Shown: positions 22,081-33,778 of the stretch, in pieces
How the letters are laid out: the number at the start of each line of letters is the position of its first letter
Position numbering within the stretch: the first letter of the stretch is position 1
From: Callorhinchus milii
Taxonomy: Eukaryota
DNA length: 64,000 nt
Direction: 5' to 3'
NCBI RefSeq assembly: GCF_018977255.1
Contig: NW_024704766.1
Location: forward strand, 3,658,001-3,722,000
The notes under the pieces: generated by a model
Database searches by the model: none
Told to the model about the DNA's origin: nothing
Seen by the model: the letters and a program-made list of their open reading frames with translations, nothing else
Program-made: the position numbers and the translations under genes

Positions 22081-22620
22081 TAGAATCATAGAATATTACA
22101 GCACAGAAGGAGGCCATTCGGCCCATCGTGGAGTCCTGTCGCTCAGTGGTTAGAGCACTCGCTTTGCAAGTGAGAGACCTGAGTTCAATTCCAGGCAGAG
22201 GGCGAAACCTTGGGCAAGTTTCCTTACTCCACACAGAGCCTAATAATAATCCCTCCAAAACCAAAAACAATAATAAATTGGTCATTTTCAATCTACGATT
22301 GTTTGTGGGACATTGCTGTGCGCAATTGGCTGCCGCGTTCGCCCACAAATATACAGTCAATTCACTTTACAGTGTGTTCTGTGAAGCGCTTTGGGACGTC
22401 CTCCCGACGTGAAAAGCGCTATATCAAATGCAACGATTATTATTTATTATTATTATCGTGCCTGTGCCGGCCCTTTGGAAGAGCTACCCGATCAGTCCCA
22501 CTCCCCCGCTCTTTGCCTATATCCCTGCAAGTGTTTTCTTTTCAAGCACCTATCCAATTCACTTTTGAAAGTTGTTATTGAATCTGTTTCCCCTGCATTC
22601 CAGACCGTAACAACTCTCCG
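22081..22620 (-). mobile_element. CR1 3' end, interrupted by a SINE
   Basis: TAGAATCATAGAATATTACAGCACAGAAGGAGGCCATTCGGCCCATCGTG resumes after the SINE as CCTGTGCCGG...; the minus-strand ORF reads RVVTVWNA...SITTFKSELDR. Confidence 0.9.
22128..22454 (+). mobile_element. Full-length young tRNA-Deu-L2 SINE, short-linker subfamily, with ATCGTG TSD
   Basis: Near-identical to 18313-18636. ATCGTG occurs at 22125-22130 and 22455-22460. Confidence 0.95.
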
Positions 22621-23224
22621 GATTTTTAATGTCCACCTAAATGAGCACCTAAATGGTCCCTCGATTTGATGTCTCATCCAAAGTACAGCACCTCTGATAA
22701 CGCAGGATACCGCCAGCACCGCACGTGAGCCACTTAACCTAATCCCACTTTACTACTTGCTCCCCTTTGACTCTTTTCTAACCTCCTTCTCTCTTTCCAA
22801 TTCGGATTCAGACCCACTGTGCATTACCAGCATTTTCTGGTCTCGTTTCCGACTGTTAACATTTGCAGTTGTAATTTTTAATTTACTCCCATAACTTGTT
22901 TTGCTAAAAACTCTGTCATTTTCGAATCATTGGAATGGTATGACCAACAAGGGTCACTATTTGTATCATATTCTTCAAGCCATTAAAAAACAGAATTACC
23001 ATAGTGAGCAAATGCCCTTTTAAGGTCATGTAAGTTATGAAATCTAATTCACTTACTGTCTTGCCTGGCTCTTTGGATCCTGTTTGTAAACTGTGGTTTA
23101 GGATGCTATTTGGCACAAACAATGCCCAACAAAATTGCTCAATTACTGGGATACAGGAGCAAAGTCTCCTGAATGGATTTATGCTTGCAATATACTTAAC
23201 GGGATTTATCGGATGTAAAGCACA

Positions 23225-23560
23225 GGTCATAGTCTGGGCTGACAATCCAATCCAATCCCTGGGAAAGTGCTGCATCGTCAAAGGTGCCACTTTTGAGTAT
23301 TCTTTCAATCACCTTTGGACTATCCTGTCTGTGGCGGCAGACTTTACAAATCCCATAGCGCTATTCCAAATGAGAAGAGTCTCTCCAAGTGCCTCGGCCA
23401 ACAATCCCTCAAGGAAAATAAATTGGTTATTTACTTCACGCTTGTTTTGTGTGGACAAAATTCTGTTGCTTTGACCTACAAGTACACAATCACAACACAT
23501 TACAGAAAACTCTGTAAATTGAGAATTGGACATCCAAACAGATGCACTTAAAATCTTGGA
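23225..23560 (+). mobile_element. Old DeuSINE fragment
   Basis: GTCTGGGCTGACA...GTGCTGCATCGTCAAAGGTGCC...ATCCCATAGCGCTATT...GGCCAACAATCCCTC. Confidence 0.65.
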
Positions 23561-25340
23561 ATTGGTTACAGATGCAACTGTTGAGCTTTGGGGAAAAGGC
23601 AGCAATCTGCGATATTCCATAACTCACTTGATAACACATTAGAAATTAAGAAATATCGTGTTTTTCACCCTGCACCTTTACCTCCAAGGCTACCAGCGAG
23701 AAACACTTTTTTTTTTGATGGAAAAAATTGCTTCCATCTTCACGACCAGATGAATGAAAAAAAAGCTGGCGATGAGTTTTCGAAATTAAAAATAAGAAAT
23801 AAAAGTCAAACGTGGAAAATCTCAAGTTAAAATTGAAGCAGAAAATAGGAGGGGGGGGGGGAAAAACACGATGACAGGGTGAGAACACGCGGCGTTTTTA
23901 ATATGTTTTATTTAGATTTTAAATTGTGTTTTCTGTCGTTACTTTAGAGGCCGAGTTAATGGCTTCATAGTAAAGCTATCCTCAGGTTTCGGTAGCTTTA
24001 TTACTGGGTAATTAATATTTTTCTTTAGCGTTGTGGGGTATGAACTGAAAATGTGCGGAATCAGCAAGCCCACAGAGGCAGAATTCTCCGTGGACTTGCA
24101 TAAACCTACAACATTCATGGAGTGGGAGCAGGGGGTAATTTTCAATGGATCAGAAACAGGACACAGTCTTTTCTCGTTCTGTGTCAGTCACTGATGCGCA
24201 ACCAGATAGGAGTGAGGAACCAAACTGCAATGGGGGTGTTTATGTTTTTGTTAATATCCAGAATCCTGAACTGCGGGAACCAGTTTGGTTCAATATGGAA
24301 TTGATTAATTTATTGGTATCCTGGCCAATACAAACAGACTGACCACGATTAATATAAAGTGGAGGCTTTTGGTTCATACTTAGCTTATAAAAATATGAGC
24401 TAATTCAGCTGTTTGAATCCCTCTGCGAGTCCCTGTCTGCACATTTTACAAGAAATCAATGCATTAGTAATTACTCAAGCACATTTCATTTCTTTTTATC
24501 TGTGACTGTATCTCGTTCGCTTCGTATCTCATGTGGTTTACCGAATATTCGGCTCAACATGTGAAACATTAGCCGTAAAATGTGAGAAGCGTCGTTGTGC
24601 GCCTGACAAATTTGGAATTATTGTTGCATAACGCTGACATGCATTTCTTGGCTTCTGATTGCTGATTGAGGGCATATTTGATCGGAGTCTTATTTGGAGA
24701 GATTGAATCTTTTTTTATTCTGTATTATTCGTAATGGAACCCAGCCAGAAATGGGTGTCAAATGCAGACTGATTGCGAACAGGCGACCAGCAAAGCATGG
24801 AATGTACAACTTTAACACTGTATTTGTACTGCTGGGAATGAAGTTGCTTTGCTCCCAATTGTATATCAGTGTGAAGAAGGAAGCCTGATTTATATTTCCC
24901 CTTCCCCATCGCATCGGGACTGTGAAATAACAAACACCCGCTTTTTTTTTTTGCGCAGAATAGGCATTTCAACAATTTAAGCAAAACGAGCTGAGGAAAG
25001 AATCTTCAGAGAAAGAAACTCAGCCAAACTTCCCGAGGCCACAATTTATTTCTGCAATGAAAGCGAATCGCTCTGAAGGGGAGTGAGGGCAGTGTTGGAA
25101 AAGTAAGGAGTCTTTCATCTCTATCATCGAGTCAGCTCTGTACCTTTTCCATTGGGCACAGTAAAGGTTTTTGATCTGACAATCGTTATGGCAGCTATGA
25201 CGTATTCCTCAACCATCCTTGCCCTCACCCTCCTTGTGCCACCTCTGGTCCATTCATTCACATCCTTGGCCCAATATTGACTCTTGTTCTCACCATCTAT
25301 TCCTTTATCTCTGTCACTCTTTCATCTTTTATCTGATCAT

Positions 25341-25650
25341 GTGAAGTCCTGTAGCTCAGTGGTTAGAACACTTACCTTGCAAACGAGAGACCTGGGTTCG
25401 ATTCCCAGGCCGTGCGAAACATTGGGCAAGTTTCCTTACTCCACACACTCCTAGCCTGTAAGTAGGAACCTGGTTGCAGGTCAATTGGTGGATCGCTTTA
25501 CCGGGGGTAATAATTCCTTCAAAAAAAATTGTTCACTCAATCCACGACTGTTTATGGGACTCTGCTGTGCGCAATCGTCCACAAAATATATAGTCAATTC
25601 ATCTTCCAATATATTCTGTGAAGAGCTTTGAGACGTCTCAAAGACATATG
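25341..25650 (+). mobile_element. tRNA-Deu-L2 SINE, long-linker type
   Basis: Head GTCCTGTAGCTCAGTGGTTAGA...GGGTTCGATTCCC, linker, core and partial tail. Confidence 0.9.
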
Positions 25651-26317
25651 AGGAAATGTTCCATCAACTGATGGCAACTGGATTACCAGCCGCCACCAAG
25701 CTTACAGCCTTTGCCATTTGTTCTTTAAATTCCGCGTTCAACAGCTGCATTGTCTTTAAACCCGGAGATCACGACTATTGGAGCACAAACTTTACACACC
25801 TGAACCTCGGCACAACAGACCTGCCCATTTATTACAGTAATTACAAATTTCTACTTCTCTTTTGTGGCGTTGATTGGGAAAGGTTCTTTCCAAACATTGT
25901 CAGGGATGGTGGAAAGCTGCTCAGTGAATGAAATCTCTATTCCGCACTGGTGGGCAATATGTTGGTTGGAGGAACCTGCACAAATCGATTGTACTTGTAG
26001 AATAAAACTGGTAAGTGGAGGGTCAAAGTATCACAAAGCGACATTCTACTCCTTCTACCTTAGCGTCTGTGAAGCGTTGATGAACCCTTTGACATTTCGC
26101 CAAACCACTCAACTGCAAGAGAATGCACACTTAACCCAAATCTAATTCTGACTTAAGCACTCCTTAACTGAGATCCTAAACGTCTGTCGTAAAAGCAGTA
26201 CTCTGTCTTTAACTGCTGTCAATTCACTTGGTTAACCATCTCCAAGTTATAGCAAGAACCAGCACGTCATTCACCTCAAACACTATCTATTCCTTCAAAA
26301 ATAATAATAATAATAAT

Positions 26318-26490
26318 TCGGTCACTCAATCCACGACAGTTTGTGGGACGCTGCTGTGCTTAATTGGCTGCCGCGTTTTGCCCACAAAACATACAATCCG
26401 TTCACTTTACGGTATATTCTGTGAAGCGCGTTGAGACATCTCGAAGACGTGATATGGCGCTATGTCAAATGCAAGGATTATTAGTATTAT
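26318..26490 (+). mobile_element. tRNA-Deu-L2 SINE, 5'-truncated
   Basis: Deu core and tail. Confidence 0.9.
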
Positions 26491-27256
26491 TTGCCCACAG
26501 ATACCCAGTCACTACACTTCACAGTGGGGAAAAAAGAGCTTTGAGACATTTCAACAACATGATAAGGCCCATTACCAGGTGGAATTTCTGCCCTGCAGTG
26601 TCCTGAATAATAGCTTCTCTTTGGTCTACCAACGTCAGTCTTTTTCCACATCGTACTTGTTTGCGTGTGAGTTAATGGCCTGTCTTCTAACATTATATGA
26701 AGCTCTGTCAGTCAGCATCTGATAAGGGTGAAATAGCATCATGACCAACACAATTTCATTATAAAAGGGTTTCACTGTAAAATAGGTTTATCTTAGCCAG
26801 GAGGCAGTCTGCTCAAAGCTAAAAATAAGTTTATAGCAAGAAAAGAATCACTCAACCGCATCATAATAAAAAACAATCTCCATATAATTACATTTACAAT
26901 TCATAAAAGATAATGACTGATGCCTCTGACATGCCTTTCATGTTTGTTTATGATATAGTAAACTTTATTATAGTAAAGATTAAATATCCTAGACATAGGC
27001 CAGTCTTGTCATAATGGCTAAGATATTTTAATTCAGTTAGGTAATGAGTCAGGTCAAAGCAAAATGTAAAGCACAATAATCAGAGTAAAGTTGGGAGAAA
27101 CTTGAGATTGGATTTTTCCACTTTCAAACTTACAAGCCTGAAAATAGATAGTCTTTGCTTTCCGTTTCGATAACAAAAAAACATTTCCTACAGAAAGCTC
27201 CCTCGATTCCACAAAGGTTTTATTTTTCTCTGAATCAGACCATATCGCTAGCACGA

Positions 27257-27461
27257 GGGCGAGTTTTGCGGTATTTCTTAATGGATTTCTTAATTAAGAA
27301 ATGCAAACAGGGATTGGAAACCAACTGAAAATCAGCCACAGCAATCCAGCTCAAGGGCAGCCAGCCCTGAAAATAGATTGGGTTCCTGCAACACAGCATC
27401 ACAGGCTTTTGAATTGGTTAATTAAGAAATCTGTTATGAAATACCGCAAACATCAACTGCC
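27257..27461. mobile_element. MITE / non-autonomous DNA transposon with about 40-bp TIRs
   Basis: Left GGGCGAGTTTTGCGGTATTTCTTAATGGATTTCTTAATTAA; right TTAATTAAGAAATCTGTTATGAAATACCGCAAACATCAACTGCC. Confidence 0.75.
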
Positions 27462-27843
27462 TGTTACAGTAATTTCATTTTTGGACAATTTGGGTTTTTG
27501 GGGTTTTTAAAAATATATAGCTAGTCTCTATAATAGCTATGCATGAGCTCCTGTTTAAAATATATAAACGATGAGTGCTGTTCAAAGGTAGGAATTTCAA
27601 TGCTCGATTTTGCCGCCTTTCAAAAGAGGGAATGGGATTTTTTTCCTTCAACGCAAAGAAATAAAAATATAAATGGTAAAACGTTTGCGCTTCCATACAC
27701 GTCAATAATTCCAAGGCGTCTTTATCTGTACCCGAGCTCCTCTGTCAAGCATTTTGATTTCACTTTCCTGCAAGATACAGGAAAGGGATGTGAGCTCAGC
27801 TGTTGGGAATCAAATGGGATGGGATTGTCGTTTTGCCTTCACA

Positions 27844-27945
27844 ATAATAATCCTTGCATTTGATATAGCGCCGTACCACGTCTTCGAGACGTCTCAAAGC
27901 GCTTCACAGAATATACTGTAAAGTGAATTGGCTGTATGTTTTTTG
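27844..27945 (-). mobile_element. tRNA-Deu-L2 SINE 3' fragment
   Basis: Reverse-complemented family tail. Confidence 0.9.
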
Positions 27946-28105
27946 TGTCTTCAGTCGGTAAGACAAGGCAAGATGACAATACTCTTCCTGCATATTGTCT
28001 GAGGAGCCTAACCATCCCACTATCTTGTCTTTATTTGTAGTTAAGAGTTAGGTCACAGCACATGACCAGATAAATCAGTCTCTTGGATAGTCAAAATGTT
28101 TCTTT

Positions 28106-28381
28106 TTAATAAATCAGAGTCTAGGAGGCAACCTGATTATTATGACATCATGGTTATAAAACGAGACAGATAATACACAAAGTGGGAGTTTTCATAATAT
28201 TTTATAATATCCTATCGTCTTAGCAACAGGATAAGACTTTTTATGGCATCATTGTTTTATCAACCTCAACAACAACAAGATTAATAAATCAGAGTCTAGG
28301 AGGCAACCTGATTATTATGACATCATGGTTATAAAACGAGACAGATAATACACAAAGTGGGAGTTTTCATAATATTTTATA
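28106..28381 (+). repeat. Perfect 101-bp direct duplication with a 74-bp spacer
   Basis: 28106-28206 is identical to 28281-28381 (TTAATAAATCAGAGTCTAGG...TTTTCATAATATTTTATA). Confidence 0.95.
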
Positions 28382-28909
28382 TTAACCTCACACCATGAGC
28401 CTGCCCTGAGATGTAAACTCTATGCAAACTGAGAGACTTTGAATCTTTTCCTTACAATCATGGCTTGCCGGGCAGGATTGAAGTACGGTATTTAGAATTC
28501 CTTTTGCGGATATCCCATTTCAGACCCCCATCGTATCATTGACACACATTAGGATCCGTTAAGTGCTCCATGTACCCCGTTGACTGGTAATGTGTCAACA
28601 CGGAAGGCCATCATCAGTCAAACGAATTGGCTGTACATCTCAACGTCGGATGGTGGACTTTGCTGGTGCGAATGAACGATTACACTTGCCATCATCCCAT
28701 TCACTTCATTTCTAATTAATCTCACTTTGCAGAGCCCTACAGGGTTTTCTCTTAAACCGTGAGAGTTGTTTCATCGATATAAGTTGTTGTTGTAGTCATG
28801 TACTCTCCACTGACTTGACATCGATGCGAGTGTAAATTGGTGACTATTACATTGGTAGCTTGCTTTTCAAAAGCAGCCTAGCTGGAGCTAAAAATTTTCA
28901 CAGCTCATT

Positions 28910-29340
28910 AAACGCTGGAGTACAACCAGAAGGCTGAACATAAATGATGTTGTTACAATTTTTCCACGGAGGTCAGTGTCGTGATCCTTGGAATTACAGG
29001 CCTGTTAGCCTGACATTATGGCAGGAAAAACATTGGAATTCATTATAAGGGGAAGCAACTCAAGCAGATTTAACAAGACCAAAGGTCATTCCGAACCAAT
29101 CTGGATTTATGAATCAGACAGGTCATGCCTATCAAGGTTAGGGGAATCCTGCGAGAGAGGAACCATTTTGGTTGGTGGTATTAATGGGGTGGATGTTATG
29201 TAACTCAGCTTTTAAAAGGCATTTGGTAGAGTGGCGTACAAAAGGCTTGTGACTTCGATGGGATGAGAGGAAGCAGTAAATTGAGTTATACATTACCTAA
29301 ATAATAAGAAGCAAAGGGCAGTGAACAGTGGACAGCTGTA
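28910..29340 (+). mobile_element. CR1 reverse transcriptase fragment, decayed
   Basis: Remnants of DP.NYRPVSLT..GKTLEFII, Q.GF...RSCL, GVDVM.L.F.KAF..V.YKRL and KQRAVN. Confidence 0.85.
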
Positions 29341-29585
29341 CCAGCAGAGCATGTTGACAATCAGTCTTGCATTCCCTGCCCTTAACAATTTTGCAACTCA
29401 CAAAGCTACAGGACCGAAATAAGCCATTTAGCGTATCAGGCCTACACTGGTCTTTTTATCCACGTGAGCAAGCTAAACTGATAGGGGCACGTGAGAAAGC
29501 CAGAGCCCAACAGCAGGCCCAACAGACGCGATGGACCAAATGGCCCTCTTCTTTGCTGTAAACCTACTCTATAATAAGGAATAAA

Positions 29586-29938
29586 AGTCCCGTATTGTAG
29601 TGGTTTGCGTGCTCGCCTCACAAGCGAGAGGATCCGGGTTCAATCCCCGGCAGGGCGAAACCTGTAAACCTATTTCCTTCCTCCGCACGCCTCTGTTTAC
29701 CTAGCAGTAAGTAGGAACTCAGCGGTTAGTCGATTGGCAGAACGCTTTCCAGGGGTAACAATCGCTTCAAAAGAGTGTGGTCACTCAGTCCTTAGCTATT
29801 TGTGGCACAATCAGCTGCCGCATTCCACCCACAAAATATACAGTCAATCAACTTTATAATATATTCTGCGAAGCGCCTTTGAGAAGTCTGGAAGATCTGA
29901 CAAAGCGCTATATCAAATATGAGGATTACTATTATTAT
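29586..29938 (+). mobile_element. tRNA-Deu-L2 SINE, long-linker type
   Basis: Head (CTCGCCTCACAAGCGAG...GGGTTCAATCCC), linker, core and tail. Confidence 0.9.
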
Positions 29939-29959
29939 AATAAAGACATCACCACAGCA

Positions 29960-30300
29960 CAGGCCACATTGTGGTTTGAAAAGCAAGCTACATGTTGGCA
30001 ATGGCTAAACAGATCAATAAGAGCACAAAAAGGAAGCGACACTGACATTCTGAAAACATTAGTGAGAGCACTCATTGCATGTGGTCCCATTCTTACGAAA
30101 TTGATAGAGACAGTGCTCATGACTCAGAGAAGATCAGCAAAGAAACAAAATCTATTTGCAGTGGAACAGAGAAGATTAAGGGGAACATGATCCCATGTTT
30201 TTAAACAATGAAAGGAAATGATGTGACGAGGTATTTGATGGCAAACAAGGATAGGAAAACAAGACATTATTAAAATTTAAGAAAGCCACGGGCTAAACTT
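29960..30300 (+). mobile_element. CR1 ORF2 post-RT fragment
   Basis: The ORF contains ILKTLVR...TQRRSAK...LFAVEQRRLRG (CR1 motifs LYKTLVRP, VQRR and LFSLE.RRLRGD). Confidence 0.8.
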
Positions 30301-30789
30301 AAGGAATAACTTATCTGTCTTTATTCTCCACGGAATAGGCCGTCAGCTAAAACGCTGACCTTTTCATTCCTACGTAGTTGTGTTCCCTACAAGCTACAGA
30401 GATATATTTTAGTTGAGACAAGAAAGCTGAAAATGGACATGAAACAGGTTTGATGTCAACGAAATGAAGTATTTCTCAAGAGAAATTACAAGAGGGCTTT
30501 TAATCAAAGGTCCCTCAGCTCATTGGGATTGTTCTGGCTCAGGGTTAGACTCTGCCACTCTCAAGCGCTCTGAAGGGTGCTATATAAATGCAAGTTGTTT
30601 TTGTTGTTGCATCAGCTTCACAAAGCACATTGAATTGGTTCAATCCAAGTCACTTCGTAATTCAAACCGAGTTTAGGAACAGTTCTAGGTTTCTTGGTTT
30701 CAGTCCTTAGGAACAGGCCATGGTTTCTGGCTGAAGGAAGAGAGTGAGACAATACAAGAGCAGTTTGGATAAAAGAGGTCTGTGTGTCA

Positions 30790-31030
30790 CTTAATATTAT
30801 CCGTCCAAAGAACCCACTCTACTGTCTTCCCAATTCAAGATCCAGATGGGTTTCTTTCATTGAGGCTGGTACCCTGGCCCCTGACACTCTTTTTGGTGAT
30901 ACATTCCAGTTGTTGGTCACGGTGTCTTATTGTGTGAAGAAATACTTCCTGGTGCCTGTCTCTTTCACATCGCTGAACCTGTGGCCTATTTTCCTGCTGC
31001 CTTGGCATCTCCAAAAGCAAATGTTCTGGG
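30790..31030 (-). mobile_element. CR1 3' fragment
   Basis: Minus-strand remnant of RKYFFTQ...T.WNV.PKR....TSLN. Confidence 0.7.
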
Positions 31031-31705
31031 TTTGTTTAGCATACCTCTGTAAGGTCTGCTCTGAGACATCTCTTGAAGGCAGGGAAAGGGATCAAGCAAA
31101 ATAAATTGCGCGCACACACACACAACTATAAAAAAATAAGGAAATGACCTGAAAAGTCATATTGCTGCGAATTGCCTTTGTACAGCGTCTCAGATTCCAT
31201 CAGGAGAGTCACTGAACCATGGAGAAAGGTTTGATGTCAACATGTGTATCGTCTACACCAGTTCATATCCGTTTTCCAAATGTGTCACGGGATCTCGATT
31301 ACAAATCCTGCTCGCACATCAAGCGTTGTTTGCAGTGCACGGCTTCAGCAGGAATCTGCGAAGTGAGAGAGAAAGAAGCCGGGAGACCAAAATCCAAGTC
31401 TGAGAGACTGAAGCTGATTTCCCGAATTAATGTCAACTTATTGAGCAAGTATTGTTGCCGACTTTGCTGAGACGCTGCCCAAAGCGAATTGCATCAAGAT
31501 GTTAACTGTTGTTCTATTAAAATGTTTGGAGCACTTGCTCGACGTCAACAGATCGCATTTGGCATTATTCGCTTTCCGGGCACATGTTTCGACCTGATAT
31601 TCAGGCAGCAAGGGGCTAAAAGCTTGAAACGGTTTAGACGTCAAAATCCGGAGCTTGTCGTTCTGTCTTAACTCGTTGAAGATCCGTCTCAAGACCCAGC
31701 TCTTT

Positions 31706-31888
31706 CTAGTCACTCGATCCGCGACCGTTTGTGGGGACGCTGCTGTGCGCAATTGGCTGCCGCGTTTCGCCCACAAAATATACGCTCGATTCACTTTACA
31801 CTACGTCCTGTGAAGCGCTTGGAGACGTCTCGAAGACGTGATAAGGCGCTGTGTCAAATACAAGGATGATGATTATTAATATTATTAT
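31706..31888 (+). mobile_element. tRNA-Deu-L2 SINE, 5'-truncated
   Basis: Deu core and tail. Confidence 0.9.
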
Positions 31889-32654
31889 CTCGCCCCAGTG
31901 TCAAGTGCTGTGAGATGTGAAAGGCACTGTATAATGTAAATTGCATTGTGTTGTATTGTATTGCTGGTCTGCAAAAAACAAAGAAAGTCCTACTTATCCC
32001 CTACTCACTGCTCTCTGCTCCCCAGACATGCGTCCGCATTCCCCGTCATTGAAATCATACCGTGGCGCAGGTTCCCTTTAATGACGGAAACATGTCGAAT
32101 GCCAAAAGATAGCGCTCGGGCTTGGAGGGCTGACTCGAACTGTGCAAAATTTTCCCAAAGAGAAAAAACAATTCATAAATTTCAGAACCGATAGCAAATG
32201 CATTCCACCTGTGAAAAGTTCTTCACCGCAGAGAATTCACCAGGTCAGTCATGGAGCCTGGACTAGAAGTTTCATTCGGGGGGGCTGCTTCTCATAAACC
32301 TGTTTTACATTTCCCATTCTTCAAAATCATGCNTTTTTCCTCCCTCTAACTGCCATTTCCTGTGAAATTTTGTGTGGCTTAAATTACTGCCATCCCTCCG
32401 AAAAACCTTGTTATGTTCCCCAAGGGGCAGTAAAATATTTACTGTCTGATTCCTACTAATGTTCCCTTCTTCACCAGTGGCTTGCACTGTATTTTACTCC
32501 GAGGGGTTTTACTCTGTATTGGTCTGAGAGCCACAATCACCGCCGTTCAATCCTTTCCGATCCACAGGATTGCAATGTCCCTCTATGCACAGCCTTTAAT
32601 TAATGCTAATCGTTTTTGTTAATTGTCAACACAAAATAAATCCAAATAGGTGTC

Positions 32655-33105
32655 GGACTGCCTCAGTTGGTAGCGCTCTCGCCTCTGAGCCAGAAGGTTG
32701 TAAGTTTAATTAAGCCCCTCCACACAACTTTGAGCTCGTGGTCGAGGCTGACACTGGGAGGGGGGGGGGGAATTGCATTGTCAGAGATGCCGTCTCTCAA
32801 ATGAGACATTAAGCCCTCTATCGCTGTTCAGGTGAATGTTAAAGACCCCCACGGCACTGCACAAAAATCAAGAGAACTTCTAAAACAAAAACAGGAGGCG
32901 CTGGGAACACTCAGCAGGTCAAGCAGCATCTATGGAGAAAGGAAAGTGAGTCAACATTTCAGGTCCAGGACCCTTTGTCAGAACAATAGGAGAAAGAGAA
33001 TTCCTGCCAAAACTCCCCCGGATAAAATTGATCATTCACTTCATGACTGTTTGTGGGTTCGCTACCAGGTCTGAAGGGCGCTATATACATGCAAGTTCTT
33101 GTGGT
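32655..33105 (+). mobile_element. Old DeuSINE interrupted by a Penelope terminal fragment
   Basis: Head CTCAGTTGGTAGCGCTCTCGCCTCTGAGCCAGAAGGTTG; the body resumes after position 33000. Confidence 0.8.
32881..32990 (-). mobile_element. Penelope-like terminal repeat fragment with a decayed hammerhead-like core
   Basis: The minus strand reads GTTCTGACAAAGGGTCCTGGACCTGAAATGTTGACTC...AGATGCTGCTTGACCTGCTGAGTGTTCCCAGC and is homologous to 60538-60673. Confidence 0.75.
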
Positions 33106-33384
33106 TGATTTCCCCCGTAATGAATCTCAATCTACAAAACTGATATATTAAGTATTCTCAGTTCCCAACACCAAACCGTAGCTCCCTTCCCAGGATCCTT
33201 TTTTATATTTCATTTGCTCTTTCTTAATTGCCTTTTGCTTAAAGGGATTATCCTACATTGTGTACAGCTGCCCCACTCTTCAAGAGTAATGATAAAACAC
33301 AACAATTGCACAAGAGGTTTATAGCATTCAACCTTTTTTACAGTTTCTTAACAGCGCAGAAGGACATAGGTCAGTGAATGATAA

Positions 33385-33680
33385 TAATATAATAATAATC
33401 CTTGCCTTTAATATATCGCCTCGTGATGTGGCTGAGATGTCTCAAAACACGCAGAATTTACTGTAAAGTGTTCTTTAACTGTGTATTTTGTGAACGAAAC
33501 GCAGCAGCCAGTTGCACCCAGGAAGGTCGCACAAATAGGGGTGAGGGATCAATTTTATTTGAGGGATTTGTTGGCAAGAACGTCGGGCAAGAGGAGCTCC
33601 CTTCTCTTTTTGGACAGTGCCAGGGGATCTTTAACGTCCACCTGGCCAGGCAGATGGGACCTCGGTTTAACGTCTCATCG
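33385..33680 (-). mobile_element. Old DeuSINE, 5'-truncated
   Basis: Tail plus CAGTGCCAGGGGATCTTTAACGTCCACCTG...CCTCGGTTTAACGTCTCATC. Confidence 0.8.
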
Positions 33681-33778
33681 GAAGCAAATACGTCTTTCTC
33701 CCAGTTAGAACAAATCAACGTAAAGCAATCATCAACAAAATAGTTCTTCTCAGTTCTTCTTTACCGATAGTAATATTT

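Noticed and set aside
28106-28381. CRISPR array or LTR pair interpretation of the direct repeat
   Set aside because: There are only two 101-bp units in a eukaryotic context, with no cas genes, TG..CA termini, primer-binding site or polypurine tract.
32333-32333. Single N base
   Set aside because: This is an assembly ambiguity or possible contig join, not biology. Contiguity across it should be treated with mild caution.
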